Positions 23,335 through 37,160 are shown, counted from the first letter of the stretch. The stretch: 64,000 nt of DNA from Octopus sinensis (GCF_006345805.1 NC_043000.1:97402001-97466000), one strand, 5' to 3'. The notes: generated by a model from the sequence alone, not told the origin. A program made the numbers and translations.

Positions 23335-24668
23335 TATATTATGAGAAATTAAATCATAAAGAATGAATCAAAATGAAAAGATTTAACAATACGCAACAAC
23401 AATTTCAGGAATGCTTTTTTTACCAACCTTCGTTCAAATGACATAATTTTTTCTTTCTGTTACGTTCGTCTTCATCAAAAGAGTTCCTCCCGTATGTTTC
23501 TCTTTTTTTCTTTTCTTTTCCCCCATTTTTTATTTTCATAACTCTGAACAAAGTAACGTGTAAGAATTATTCACACGAAAGAAGAGCCTTCGTCTAGTTC
23601 TCATTGTCTTTTGTTTGTTGACATTGTGCAAAAATACTCTTCTCACTGAATCTAAACCCACATAAAAAGGAAATCTAATATGCATGTGCTTATAGTATGC
23701 ATGCCTTTTGTAAGTGTGTATTTAGTATATAATGTCAGTCACGTATTGATGTAGGTCCAGTGAATCTTTACTGAAAAGAAAACAATTAGATAATAAAACA
23801 TTGAATAATACAGTTTTAGAAACAGTCTGCCTGAAAAAATAGGTAAAATACGTCATGAAACGCCTTCGATCATAAGCATGATTGTGTGGTTAAAATGCTC
23901 GCTTCGCAATCATGTGCCCGGCACCTTATCCTCTACTATAAGCCTTGTGAGTGAATTTGATAGACAGAAACTGTGTGGAAGCCCGTCGTGAAAATACATA
24001 TATATGTTCACTGTGATTAGTAAGCACCTGAACCAGATGGCGGTTACCTCACCGACTCGTTTTCCGACAAGGTTTTAGATCATCGGCTCTCTTCAGTGTT
24101 AAGTATTTCTTCAATCATCTCCAAAAATTGGTTTGCTTTAGAGGACATTAAATGTTTGATTCGTTGTCCTAGTTTGATATCGAATTACCTTAATTGAGTT
24201 TTAAAAAATAATATAACTAAAGCAAGTGAAACTCTGCTTTTGACTACTTGGAGGCCGTCATAAACTGATGTGTTATTGCTATTATCATTGTTTTACCCAA
24301 GATTAGGTCTATCTGAGCAGACCAACATTACATCGACATTCGGTCGAGTATCTATGAATGAATCTTTAGAGCCATTATTTAACATATATCACATTTCCAA
24401 CGCCAAGTTAGAATATGTTACTTGATGAAGTACCATTATCCAAAACGTTGAATTCTCTGTTTTCATTCCTCAAAGCATAATTATATACTTTTTACTCTTG
24501 TTCGTGTTTCGCTATTTTTTTTTACCGCGACTCTAAGTATATACTATACCTCTAGCTAGACAATACTGAACACACCTACATGCACTAGTTATTTAGAACC
24601 AGGTCAGATCTGATCGACTTATGGTCAAAGGCATTCTAGCTATGACCACATGAGGAATGTTTGAGGAA

Positions 24669-24707
<39 letters not shown>

Positions 24708-24722
24708 TTCTCTCTCTCTCTT

Positions 24723-24753
<31 letters not shown>

Positions 24754-24967
24754 ATCTCTCTATTTCTCTATCTGTCTCTTTCTTTCTTCATTTATTTTTC
24801 TGTATCGCTCTTTCTTTTTCTCCCCTCTCTTCCTTTATTTTTCTCCATCTCTCTTTCTTTCTTTTTCTCCTTTTCTCTCTGTCTTTTCTCTCAATCTTCT
24901 CCTTCCTAGTCCACTGACTCTCAGTTTTCTCCCTTCATAATGCACTGGTAATCAGATAAAAACAAAA

Positions 24968-25447
24968 CGACTGCCAACTTAAGCGACTAGAATCCTTCGA
25001 TCACCTCTGTCTACGCCGCATCCTTCGTGTCCGATGGCATCACTTTGTCTCCAACAATTCGGTGCAACACTAGTGCAAAATCACCTCCCTCCGACAAGTC
25101 ATCCTAACGAGACGTCTGCGTTGGCTGGGTCATGCCCTACGTCGTCAACCAGGAGAATTCATCTACGAAGAAATAGCCCCAGCTCCCCTTCAGGGTTGGC
25201 GAAAGTGATGTGGTGGACAACGAAAAACCTGGCTGATGACAGTCAAGGCTGATCTGGAGCCCAACCTAGGCCTCCATGTCTACGGCGTTCGCCGCTGGAA
25301 TAAGGAGTGGTTGGAGATCACGCGGTCGTTAGCCTCAAATCGCCAGGCCTGGTCGGCGTTTGTGAGAGATGCGGCATTGAGGATGAATGAAGCCAGCTCA
25401 ACCCACCCCGGGTGAATGCTGTCTTAAGATAAGAAGACAAGAAGAAG
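24968..25447 (+). mobile_element. RTE-clade LINE, 3' fragment
   Basis: Translates KRLESFDHLCLRRILRVRWHHFVSN...RRLRWLGHALRR...GGQRKTW...ASNRQAW with two stops, then a (AAG)-type tail. Confidence 0.85.
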
Positions 25448-26924
25448 CTATAACCACCCCGTTTTTGTACTGTCACATTTTATCTTGGACTAATGTGTTC
25501 GTTTTAGTTCACTTTATAATAATTTTAGAGTAGATAACTTGAAATGGATTTCGGTACTATTTCTAACAGATCGACTGACAACAAAGAGGCTTCCTTGTTG
25601 GCTTCATCGAATGGTTTGCAGCGTGAGTGACTGCAAAGTTGTATGGGTCACAGGCTTACCTATTTATATATTGTATTCATGATGTACTTGCCAGCGTAAC
25701 AAAATGGTATGAAAGAACTGGGACGACTCATAAAAATACAGCAAAAATCATTACCTGAGTCCCTAGTCCTTTGCCCTAAACAGGATAGATTCCTTCAGAA
25801 TGGTGATTCCATGAAAAATTGGTAACCTTCCACTACCAATCACTGTTTTCTCTTGTCTGATGACGGTATTGGCATATTCATACAGATTCATTTAATAAGT
25901 AAACTAGCAGCTTATAATGAATGAAAGATCTAGCTATCCCTAGCGCGGCGGTTACATAAAGGCATGTTGGTTAGCCCGATGTCAGTCGCCCTGATCTGCC
26001 AACCGCCTGATCGAAGGCATTCCACACATTGACCGACACAACGTTTTAGGGGTATGATTTGAGAGAATTGTGACTTCTAGTTTTAGCAGGTCAAACTACC
26101 ACGTAGAGGCTCCGTCACTTGGTCTTAGACGCTGTTCTTGCTGATGATGGTGATAGTATCTATCGTCATTGTGGTGGTAGTTATGGTGTTGCTATAGTCG
26201 TTATTGATTGTTGCTATCACTAATAATAGTATTAATGCAACTGACACTGTTGCTGTTGTTTTTATTGTTGTTGCTACTGATGTTGCTGTTGCTGCTGCTA
26301 TTGTCGTTGCTGTTACTTTTGTTGTTGTCGTCTAGTCTCAGTCAACTTTTCAAGTGCACTCATATGACACGGAAGTCAGTAACCAAACAAACTCATTATT
26401 TGATCGACCTTTCTAGTCGTGACCATTCCTGTCTTTCTAGTGAAGTAATGTTTTCTTAAGATTTCCAACATAAAATTAAGTAGAGTCGTCTCCCACTTTC
26501 AAGACATCAGAGGAACTGTGTTATTTGAGGTTTAATTACAACATCGGAAAAAGCTCTATATGACAGCGGCCCCCAAACTTTCTTCACCATGAGCAGGTTT
26601 CATGCAAGGCAATTTTTCCTCAAAACATAGTAAAGTGCATAATATATAATATGTTGCTCCAGTTTACTCCTCTATAGAAATGAGTTGCGACGTCACTGGT
26701 GCCGAACTGTATCGGCCTTTGCCTTTCCTTTGGATAACATTTGTGGCGTGGGGAGGCTGGTATGCATGGTCGACTGCTGGTCTTCCATAAACAACCTTAC
26801 CCGGACTTGTGCTTCGGAAGGGAACTTTCTCGGTGCAATCCCATGGTCATTCATGACCAAAGGGGGTTTTCTTAATTATTACATATACAATACTTATACA
26901 AATAATTCTTTCTGCTATAGGCTC

Positions 26925-27133
26925 AAAGGCAGAAAATTTAGGAGAGTGAGTAAGTTGACTACATTGACCTCCTCCCACACCTCCCAGTACTTGACAGCTA
27001 CGTATTTTATCGATCCCGAAAGGATAAAAGACAAAGTCGAACTCAGTGGAATTTGAACTCAGAACGTAAAGCCGGAAGAAATACCTCTAAGCATTTTGTC
27101 AAACGCGCTAAAGATTATGCCAGCTCGCCGCCT
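26925..27133 (-). mobile_element. SINE family B
   Basis: Reverse complement of the aaggcggcgagctggc head and core. Confidence 0.75.
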
Positions 27134-28489
27134 TTATAATGCATATATAATACAAAAACACCCTGCACACTGCAATAGTGAATAAAATAAAAATAAAATT
27201 TTAGAGTATCTTTTTATTTATTTTATTTTCAGAAAAAAATACAGCCAGTGTGTGTGTAATTGTTATATTCGTCTCTTTTAAGTCGATATGGTGTGTTTCG
27301 TGGAAGATTTAGCGGCTATTTTTATCAAGCTAGAGTTCACGTAAAAACTCTAACATTGACTCAAGCAGGTACACCCTTATAATTCTCTGCAATTGTAGCG
27401 TAGCTGTTTATAATAAGAAGTTGATTCAATTTCTCTTTCGTATTGGGAAAAGTATCAACGTCAGAGCAGCCATTTTTCTTTACCTAAAATCTCATATTTC
27501 ACTCTTAAAGAAATCATTAAATCAACTAGCTTCATATAGTGTATATAATAAATATCATGAATTAAAATGGTGGGAAAACTGAAACGGTGGAACGTCGGGC
27601 CACATGCCTAACTGTATTTACGGGTTCAAATGCAACTGGGATCAACTTTGCTCTTCATTTACTAAGGACCAATCCAATCAACTATATCCACTTTAGCTAC
27701 AAAGTTATAACCTTAAAAAGTCGTTCATTAAATATTGGATCTTAATTTAAGTATAGCACTCTATCTTAAATTAGATATAAATAAGTTGATTACTTTTAAG
27801 ATTTAGATCAAGACAATCAGTTGAAATGCAATCGATTAAGGCCGCCAGTTGACACAGCGTTAGAGCGCCGGACAAAATGTGTTGTAAGATATAGTTACGT
27901 CTCTTTATGTTTTGACTTTAAATCCTGCAAGGATCAGTTTTGTCTTTCATACATCCAGGATCAGTAAATAAATACTAATCAAGCAGTGGGGTCGATATTT
28001 TTGTCTTTATCACTCAGAATTGGCTAGATTGCACTGTGCAAAAATCGTGGGGTCCCTTTCTTCCTTAATTTCATGGAGAACGTTTGAGTTAGATATGTGA
28101 AGGCGCGTGGCTTAGTGATAAGGTTATTCACTTGATTCTACAGGAAAATTAAGTTAAGGGTACACTCATCCTTGGAATACACAGACAGTTGCTTATTCAA
28201 TGAGTTTCATGATCCTGTTGATCAAACAACTGAAAACTAATGGTCAGAAATTCTGACGGAGATCTATTTTTATACTTAAGGCCAGAGTTGAGGATATCTT
28301 CGTACATTGGAGGGAAAGATACATTGGAAAATGTCCCCAATATATTGAAAAAGACATGGATGGGATCATCTAGACACGTCTTTTCTTTCATAGATTTGGT
28401 CGAGCAGAGTTTCATACAATCTGAAATGAATGTACCAGCAGCAAACCCTCGCAGCCAAGTACAGTATTTTCAAATCGGTTTTATCTGTC

Positions 28490-28593
<104 letters not shown>

Positions 28594-29119
28594 TCTCTTT
28601 CTCTCTATCTATCTGTCTCTTTCTTTCTTCATATATTTTTCTGCAATTCTCCTTTTTCTCATTTTCTCTGTCTTTTTCTCAATCTTCTCCTTCCTAGTCC
28701 ACTAACTCTCAGCTTTCCCCACTTCGTAATGGACTGGTAATCAAATAAAAACAAAACGACTGCCCCCTTAAACAAAAGTATGTCCAAGTAAAATATTCGT
28801 TAAAAAATTAAAGCATGTTTTATTTATCATATTCTTTTTTAATGATTTCAGTCATTGGACTGCGGCCACGCTGGGGTACCTCATGTTTAGTCGAGTAGAT
28901 CGTTCTTTAGTACTTGTTTTATCATGTTTATTTTGTTTCCGAGTACATTCTGTTCTATCAATTTTTAATTCGCCAAATTACATATTGAATAATGTTTCTC
29001 ACGCTTTCTTTATATAAACTGCCCCTCCTAGCAATCTTCGTTGTAAGCCCCTTTCTTAACGTTTCTTTGTATTTTTCTGTACCTTTTATAGATAATAAAC
29101 AATATTATTGTCGTCATTA

Positions 29120-29530
29120 AAGCGGCGAGCTGGCAGAAACGTTAGCACGCCGGGCGAAATGCTTAACAGTATTTCGTCTGCCGTTACGTTCTGAGTTCAA
29201 ATTCCGCCGAGGTCGACTTTGCTTTTCATCCTTTCGGGGTCGATAAATTAAGTACCAGTTACGCACTGGAGTCGATGTAATCGACTTAATCCGTTTCTCT
29301 GTCCTTGTTTGTCCCCTCTGTGTTTAACCCCTTGTGGGTACTACCTGGTGGGTAGTAAAGAAATAGGTATTTCGTCTGTCTTCATGTTCTGAGTTCAAAT
29401 TCCGCTGATGTCGACTTTGCCTTTCATCCTTTTCGGGGTCAATGAATTAAGCGTCAGTTGCATACTGGGATCGATCTAATTGCCTGGGTCCCTCCTCCAA
29501 AATTTCAGACCTTGTACCTAGAGTGGAAAA
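29120..29530 (+). mobile_element. SINE family B, full copy plus a second headless monomer
   Basis: Full copy 29120-29365; second monomer starts ggtatttcg at 29366. Confidence 0.8.
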
Positions 29531-30072
29531 GAATATTATTGTCGTCGTCGTCGTTGTCGCCGACAGCCTAGCCGCTGTCGTCACTGATGACCTAGCCGCC
29601 GCTGCTGCCACCACCGTCGCTGCGCTGCGCCCGCCTCCATCACCGATTCCCATGCCACTAACGTCGCCGCCAACGTCGACACCGCCACCGACACCGCCAC
29701 CAACACCGCCGCTGTTGTTGTTAAGGTGGCGACGTGGCAATATTGTTACTACGCCGGACAAAATACCTAGCGGCATTTCTTCTGACTCTTTGCGTTCTGA
29801 GTTCTACCGCAGTCGAATTGACCATTCATTCTTTCGAGATCGACAAAATAAGTAACAGTTGAGCACTTGGATCGATGTAACCGATTTCTTTCCTCGCCCC
29901 TCAAAATTGCCGGTTTTATACCAAAATTAGAAACGATTATTATCATTGATGTTTTGTTAATGTTCTTGCTGTTGTTGTTGATATTGATGCTGTTCCTGCT
30001 TTGTTTGCTGTTGTTGTTGTTGTTGTTACTTATCTCTGGGCCAGTGCAGAGTGAAAAAGTTTTATGATCATT

Positions 30073-30211
30073 CCCCAAAACACCTGAAGAGGGCTGGAGA
30101 ATATAACAGCCGAAACGTTGTGTTAACAACAAACAATTTGAGGACAAATACCCGTCGAATGTAAATAATGTAAATAATGTACATACTTCCTCATCTCTTA
30201 AATATAGAACT
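30073..30211 (+). mobile_element. 139-bp Penelope-type mini-insert flanked by 14-bp direct repeats
   Basis: gttttatgatcatt at 30059-30072 and 30212-30225; contains the hammerhead at 30079-30124. Confidence 0.75.
30079..30124 (+). ncRNA. Minimal type-I hammerhead ribozyme motif, canonical core
   Basis: AACAC-CUGAAGA-G-GGCUG/gagaauauaa/CAGCC-GAAAC-GUU-GUGUU: 5-bp stems I and II, palindromic AACGUU stem III. Confidence 0.8.
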
Positions 30212-30389
30212 GTTTTATGATCATTGTTATTATAATCAAGACTGTTTCATCTGCTCTGGGAAAGTATAACTATGATTGCATTATCGAATGAGTCCTTTCC
30301 TAGATTAAGATATCGAGCTGGGATTTGAAATAGATTTGCCGGCTATGTATAGCAGATCGAACGTTGAAGACCCCTTATTGGCGTGATGA

Positions 30390-30925
30390 TGACGGTAACG
30401 ACGACGACGACGACGACGATGATGATGATGATGATGATGTTAGCAGCAGCAGTTGCGGTGATAAGTTTAATGGTCGTGGTGATAGAATCGGTGGCGGTGG
30501 TGGTATGGTGGAGGTGGTGGTGGTAACGGTAGCACTGGTGGTGCATGTGGTGGCGTTGGTAGTGGTGCTGGTGGTGGCGCTGGTGATGGCGCTGACGGTG
30601 GTGCTGGTGGAGGCGGTGATGGTGACGGTGGTACTGGTGGTGTTGGTGGTAGAGACGGTGGTGGAGGTGGTGGTGCTTGTGGTGGCGCAGTTGATGGCGC
30701 TGATGGTGGTGCTGGTGGAGGCGGTGGTGGTGGTAGAGGCGGTGGTAGAGGCGGGGGTAGAAGCGGGGGTAGAGGCGGTGGTAGAAGCGGTGGTAGAGGC
30801 GGTGGTGGAGGTAGATAGTCGTAGGAGAAGCAGGCAAAAGCGGTGGAAAAGGAAGGTGGGAAGGAGAAATAAAAAAGGAAACAATGACAATAATGACCAT
30901 TATCATCATCATCACCATCATCATG
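30390..30925. repeat. Compound (GAC/GAT/GGT)n low-complexity tract with a 12-bp GGTAGARGCGGK minisatellite
   Basis: Read directly from the sequence. Confidence 0.9.
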
Positions 30926-31446
30926 AAAATGCATCTGGGTATTTACGATGGGTCATTACACAAGAGTACTGCAAATTACCTGCATGGGTCTCAAAATATA
31001 TATATCAAAAGTAAATAGATGTGTGTGTGTGTGTGTGTGTGTGCATGTGTCTGTGTGTGTGTGTGTGTAAGTTCATGTGTGTGTGTGTGTGGTGTGTGTG
31101 TGTGTGTTCATGTGTGTGTGCGTGTGTCTGTGTGCGTGTGTGGCATTACGGTATGAGTAAGTGAGAACGTTCTTTACTGCTTTCTTTTCTTTACTGCCGT
31201 GACGTGTGAAAGTCGAATCTGGATGCTGTCACCCGGTACAAATATAATCACTGCAGGAGGTCAACCGGTGCAGTAATAATCACTTGTTAGTTGCTATTGA
31301 GGTTTTGTAAGTAGGTGCTTCATTTAGCATTTGAAGTTTCAAAATTTTATTTGAATTAGGAAAGAGAATTTCGTTGAATCTATATACATAGATACATGTA
31401 AATATTCATATACATGTGTAATTACATACATATATTTAGATAGATC

Positions 31447-31478
<32 letters not shown>

Positions 31479-31570
31479 CATACATACATACATACATACA
31501 TACATACATACATACAGAGACAGGCAGACAGACTGACAGACAGACAGACATATATATGCATGTATATATA

Positions 31571-31752
31571 TATTCTTTTACTTGTTTCAGTCACTGTGGC
31601 CATGCTGGAGCACCACCTTTTAGTCAAGAAAACATGGTTCCGGGTTCAGTCCCACTGTGTGGCACCCTGGGCAAGTGTCTTCTAATATAGTCTCGGGCCG
31701 ACAAAAACCTTGTGAGTGGACTTAGTAGACGGAAACTGAAAGAAGCCTGTCG

Positions 31753-31796
<44 letters not shown>

Positions 31797-32027
31797 AGTG
31801 TGTGTGTGTGTGTGTATGTGTGTGTGTGTGTGTCTGTGTTTGTGCACCCACCATTGCTTGAAAACCGATGCTGGTGTGTTTACGTCCCCGTAACTTAGCG
31901 GTTCGGCAAAAGAGACTGATACAATATGTACTAGACTTACAAAGAATAAGCCCTAGGATCGATTTGTTCGACTAAAGGCACTGCTCCAGCATGGGTGCAG
32001 TCAAATGACTGAGAAAAATAAAAGAAT
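31571..32027 (+). mobile_element. Headless SINE family A (31632-32027) preceded by an inverted SINE tail (31571-31625)
   Basis: The two tail segments are reverse complements over ~55 bp. Confidence 0.75.
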
Positions 32028-32161
32028 CAAGGATTCATCAAAACTGACGTAACTTTTAAGAAAACTACAATATGTCTGACGATATGACGACAGTTGTAAA
32101 CACGTGTTTAAGGCATTATTTTTGCATTACTGGCGGAATCACCTTCAATTACACGCGCACA

Positions 32162-32196
<35 letters not shown>

Positions 32197-32300
32197 GCAC
32201 AAACAAACACGAATATATATATATATACACACACACAACTTGAAAACGTTGACGCAATCTGTGTTTATGAAACTAAGTAATATAGAGCCGAATAGGCCTC

Positions 32301-32393
<93 letters not shown>

Positions 32394-32428
32394 TATACAT
32401 ATTGTTAAAAGGTAATATATGTACATAT

Positions 32429-32471
<43 letters not shown>

Positions 32472-32708
32472 CCTTTTACCAATAATGATTGAGGTACCAA
32501 AATACAAAAACTCTGAATCATACAAATGGAAGATTTTTTTGCATCATTTAACATTTATATCACTCTACGCCTCATATTTTTCTTCTGTTTGAATGTGCAA
32601 CATGCGTTCATCCATTTATCTTATTATTGTATACACGAAGAGAAACACTCATTTCCTCGCAGTTATTCATTGTTTATATAACATGTATATATATTATCTT
32701 GGAGTATG

Positions 32709-32797
<89 letters not shown>

Positions 32798-32859
32798 AAG
32801 ACAGACAGACAAACAGACTGGCAGGCAGTTAGGCAGACAGGCAAGCAGGCAGGCAAGCA

Positions 32860-33300
32860 GACAGGATTGAGTCGTCCGTCGAAAGCTTTGCGATGTGGAC
32901 AGATAGAAGCAATTTAGATTCCCTGCAACATGTATTTGTACAGAGAGTGCGGTGTGGTCCTGAAACCGATTATCTCAGGCGTTCTTCGTCAGTCGTTGAT
33001 AATCCCATTTTCTTCTCTAAATGGCCGTTCTACCGTTGTATTCCTTTGCTACTGTTACAGTGGCACTTCTCATGTGGTTTTGAATTCAATGTTCGGTTTG
33101 GTTCTGATGCACTTGGAAAGCGGGTTTATTGGATATGTACTCGATTTTCTCATCTTCCTTCATTTTCCTTTTGGATCTCAGTTACAAATGGTTATGCTGT
33201 GCTCCTGAGAGCAGTCTCAGTCTACTGGATTGCTCTTAGTATTTTTTCTCCAAGACACATCTTGTTTGGTTGAGACAGCTCATTGTTCTGTGTCTTTACT
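32860..33300 (-). mobile_element. Highly decayed LINE RT fragment
   Basis: Frame-broken traces of GFR and KAFD on the minus strand. Confidence 0.3.
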
Positions 33301-33470
33301 TTGTAGTCTCAGCTACAAAACGATTTTTCTCCTCTTAGAAAAGCCTAGCCAGTCTGTGCTGCCAAGCAGTTTGTCTTAGTTGAAGTTTATATGCCAACTC
33401 AGTCTTTTATACTTATTATTCTTTGTTTCAATCTCCCTTCTCTCTTTTTGTTGCTGTACTTTTTCTGTCG

Positions 33471-33740
33471 GTGAAGGTATGTGGTCTACTGCTGGAGTGT
33501 TCTACTCATGATTGTGACTCCGTGGGTTCGATTCCTAGACCGAGCGGTGCTTTGTGTTCTTGGGGGAAAACACTTTATTTCACCTTGTTGCAGTTCAAAA
33601 AATAGCTGGAACGTTAACCCTGCGACAGAATGGTGTTCAGTTTAAGGAAGCGTTTTGTAATTTCAGTCACTTATATGCCAAGGAAACCGGGCTATGCTTC
33701 AGCCTTATGAGTCCTCATAAGGCTCCGCCCTCATGAATTT
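33471..33740 (+). mobile_element. Old tRNA-derived SINE related to family C
   Basis: gtgaaggtatgtgg head, gggttcgattcc B-box, acactttatttcac segment. Confidence 0.55.
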
Positions 33741-34429
33741 AGGACCAACTGTTCAGATTTTGTTCATGCATTTTTAAGCGTACTATGTTGCAACAGCTCA
33801 TGTATGCTTCCTGTAGTATCTATCTTGAAAAATATTAAACTATAAATATTATCATGTGGGTATAGAAAGGTAGAAGAACTGTCTCTTTATCTATTTTGCT
33901 TCAGTTGTTTAATATTTTCCTTGAATATCTTAAACTTCAGCAAGATACAAACATATATATCGTCGTCGTCGGCTGTCTGTCGTAGACCGTCTGCCCTGTT
34001 CAAAAGACTGCCTCAGCCTACTGGTACCCAGGGTTCAGCACTAATTATGACTATCAAGTACGAGCCGCCTGTGTGCAGGGCTCTAACTAGTAACTCCCAG
34101 ATACTTACACATTCACTCTATCGCCACATGATTTTCTAATTTTCTGAACAAAATGCTTTTGGATGGTGAGTAAAGCAGTTGCCGACGCCTTCACATCTGA
34201 CTGCCTCTCTGGGTCTCCAATCCAAGTACCAAGTGGTGTACAAGAGTGCAACGAGCATGGTCGATAGATGAAGTTGCTCTGCAGTAGCAGATCATTTGTT
34301 AGTTGACGCCTAACTATTATCTAATGGTACAGATCTTCTGCTTGGCCACAGCAAGCTTCAAACTGTTGATCTAGGACTTTCATCTTGTCGATTATCCAAC
34401 GTCCTGCTGACGACGTTTTCACCGTATCC

Positions 34430-34722
34430 GAGGAAATACCGCTAAGCATTTTGCCCGGCGTGCTAACGATTCTGCCCGTTCGCTGCCTTAGCTTAAACAA
34501 ATATTAATTTCAAATTTTGGCACAAGGCCAGAGATTTCGGAGGAGGGGGTACTGAACTGCCACTTGTTTTATCAACTCCGAAAGGATGAAAGACAAAGTC
34601 GACCTCGACGAATTTGAACTCAAAACGAAAAGCCGGACGAAATGCCGCTAAGCATTTTAACCGGTATGCTAACGACTGTACTAGCTCACCGCCTAATAAA
34701 TAACAACAACAACAACAACAAC

Positions 34723-34753
<31 letters not shown>

Positions 34754-34770
34754 TAATAATAATAATAATG

Positions 34771-34821
<51 letters not shown>

Positions 34822-34895
34822 TGATAATAATAATAATAGTAATTGTTATTATTATTATTATTATTATATTATTATTATTATTATTATTATTATTA

Positions 34896-34929
<34 letters not shown>

Positions 34930-35260
34930 GGCGGTGAGCTGGCAGAATCGTTAGCACGCCGGGAGTACAGCTTAGCGGTATTTCGTCTGCCGTTACGTTG
35001 TGAGTTCAAATTTCGCCGAGGTCGACTTTGCCTTTCATCCTTTCGGGGTCGATTTAATCGACTTAATCCGTTTGTCTGTCCTTTTTGTCCCCTCTGTGTT
35101 TAGCCCCTTGTGGGCAGTAAAGAAATAGGTATTTCGCCCGTCGCTACATTCTATATTCAAATTCCGCCGAGGTTGACTTTGTCTTTCATACTTTCGGGGT
35201 CGATGTAATCGATTAGCTCCACCCGCCAAATTTCAGGCCTTGTGCCTATAGTGGAAAGGA
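34430..35260. mobile_element. Cluster of family B SINEs: minus copies 34430-34492 and 34503-34694, plus copy 34928-35127 with second monomer to ~35260, separated by (AAT)n(ATT)n
   Basis: The heads face each other across a palindromic microsatellite at 34695-34927. Confidence 0.85.
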
Positions 35261-37160
35261 TTATTATTATCGTTGTTGTTGTTGTTATAATTATTATTAT
35301 TTTAATTGAATAATTTCTAGTATTTTGCGAAGTCAATTAACTAGAAATCGCAGTCACATCTCCCTATAATTACACCCTCCTGTTACAACAGTGACCGACA
35401 ACATCAACAACAAAAAGATCTTAAACGACCTGATGCAATTATAACCTTACATCTTAAACAACGCAGACATGAACAACGTCAACAACAACACGAACACAAA
35501 AAAATCATTCTTAATTGTAACCATAAACAGACCAGTAATAAACAATAACAACGAAAAAGACATCAACAACACAAATATAAATAATAAAATTAACAACAGC
35601 ACAAACAGTTTTTAATTACAATCGATAAATTAAAACGTATGCGTCACTGAAGCGGAGTAAAATAATTTTTTCCATTTGTAGTAAAATATTTGTCAAAATG
35701 AAGGATCACCTGACACTAATCGGGACAACCAGAGTTTTAATAACGCTATGATGAAACCCGTGTCGTACATTGGGGCAATAATTGATTCTTGTAAAAACAT
35801 AAAGTCATAATTATTTTAAATGGAGACAAGAAATGGAGAGCGCAATGAATGAGATATTTAAGGGTGTGTTCAAAACAGGCAATAAAAGCTACATTTTTGT
35901 CCTTTTTGAAAATGTATTAAAATTGGAATATTTTGGATTTTACTATTCACTTTAGTTTTAACACAATGTTGATAGATTAAAAATTACATGGTTATATATC
36001 TAATCTTAATCACGTTTTCCTCCATTATAGTAAGGATATACGTATCCACAGTCGTGAACTCGTGAGTGATATGCGCGCGCGCGCGCGTGTGTGTATGCGT
36101 GTGTATGTGTGTGTGTGTAATGACTGGTTATTATTTTATCTACTCCGGAACGTCGAAGGGTTATGTGACTTCGGTGGAATTTGAACTTTGTGGGAATTAA
36201 AAGAGACACCTAAATGCAAGACAATTTATTATGCTCTTTACATTATCCAAAGTGTCTTTTTGCTTTTAAGGGATGACAGGATTTGATTTGAGGGCGATAT
36301 AACTGTTATTTTTAGAAAATCAAGCGACTGCATAGAGGCTCTCTCAGGAAGTTTGTTATTATAATCGAACAGACCAGTGATCTGAGGCTTTTCTCTCGTC
36401 ACCATCCTGTCTTTCAGAGGTTAGTGACTACATTGTTCGTGTGTGCATTCATTTTTTAGAGCGGAAGATATGATTTGAGATTTGATTGCTATTCCTAGCC
36501 AGCCAAAAGGCTAAACAGAGATTCCCACGGTATTATTCGGCAATATGTTGTGAATACATTTTGTCATATGTGTACCCAAATGATGACTTAGTAAAAATGA
36601 CATCAGCATGGGTAAAATGGCACGAGAGGAAAACATTTCATTAAAACGTTTCTCACATTCCAAAATTTTCAGTTAAAATATATTTAAAATGGCTTCTGAT
36701 TATAGAGTTGACAAAATAAATTATTAGATATAAACTAAAGGTGGATGCCAAGCAGTTTGTGTTAGGTAAAGTTGGGAACAAAAACAGGACAGTGGAGACA
36801 GGACTGGACGTATTCTATCTCTCTCTCTTCTATCTTTTCTCTTGCCAAAGAAAATATTTCTCCAGCGTTCGCTATGTTACCTTCTAACGACCTTCCATGT
36901 TTGTCTTTGTTCGGTTTCTTTGTATTCCATGAATCCCAAATTTTATTTTGGTACTTATGGCAGCAACTATATTCGAAGAATCATATTGTTGCTCAATACT
37001 CGAAATGAGGAGTAGATAGACAGTAAACAACTGATGAAGGGTCACTCTTTATGTTACTTGTCCTGTTTTCCATTTGTTGCTCTCTTTGTTTGCGTATTGA
37101 ACTCATTTGTTTTCGTATTTACTGTTGGTGACGTCCTCTACCCATATATGCATATGTATG

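Noticed and set aside
26677-26870. HDV-like ribozyme in a GC-richer repeat-like segment
   Set aside because: Hairpins are present (ggtca-ttca-tgacc), but I could not assign the P1, P2, P3 and P1.1 nested pseudoknot.
30343-31014. Poly-proline (formin or extensin-like), poly-His and poly-Thr ORFs
   Set aside because: Several frames on both strands are open because the DNA is a (GGT/GAT) low-complexity tract. No flanking domain or convincing splice context was found.
37034-37140. Hammerhead starting at CUGAUGA (~37031)
   Set aside because: No downstream GAAA at a closable stem II; at most a truncated Penelope-type fragment.
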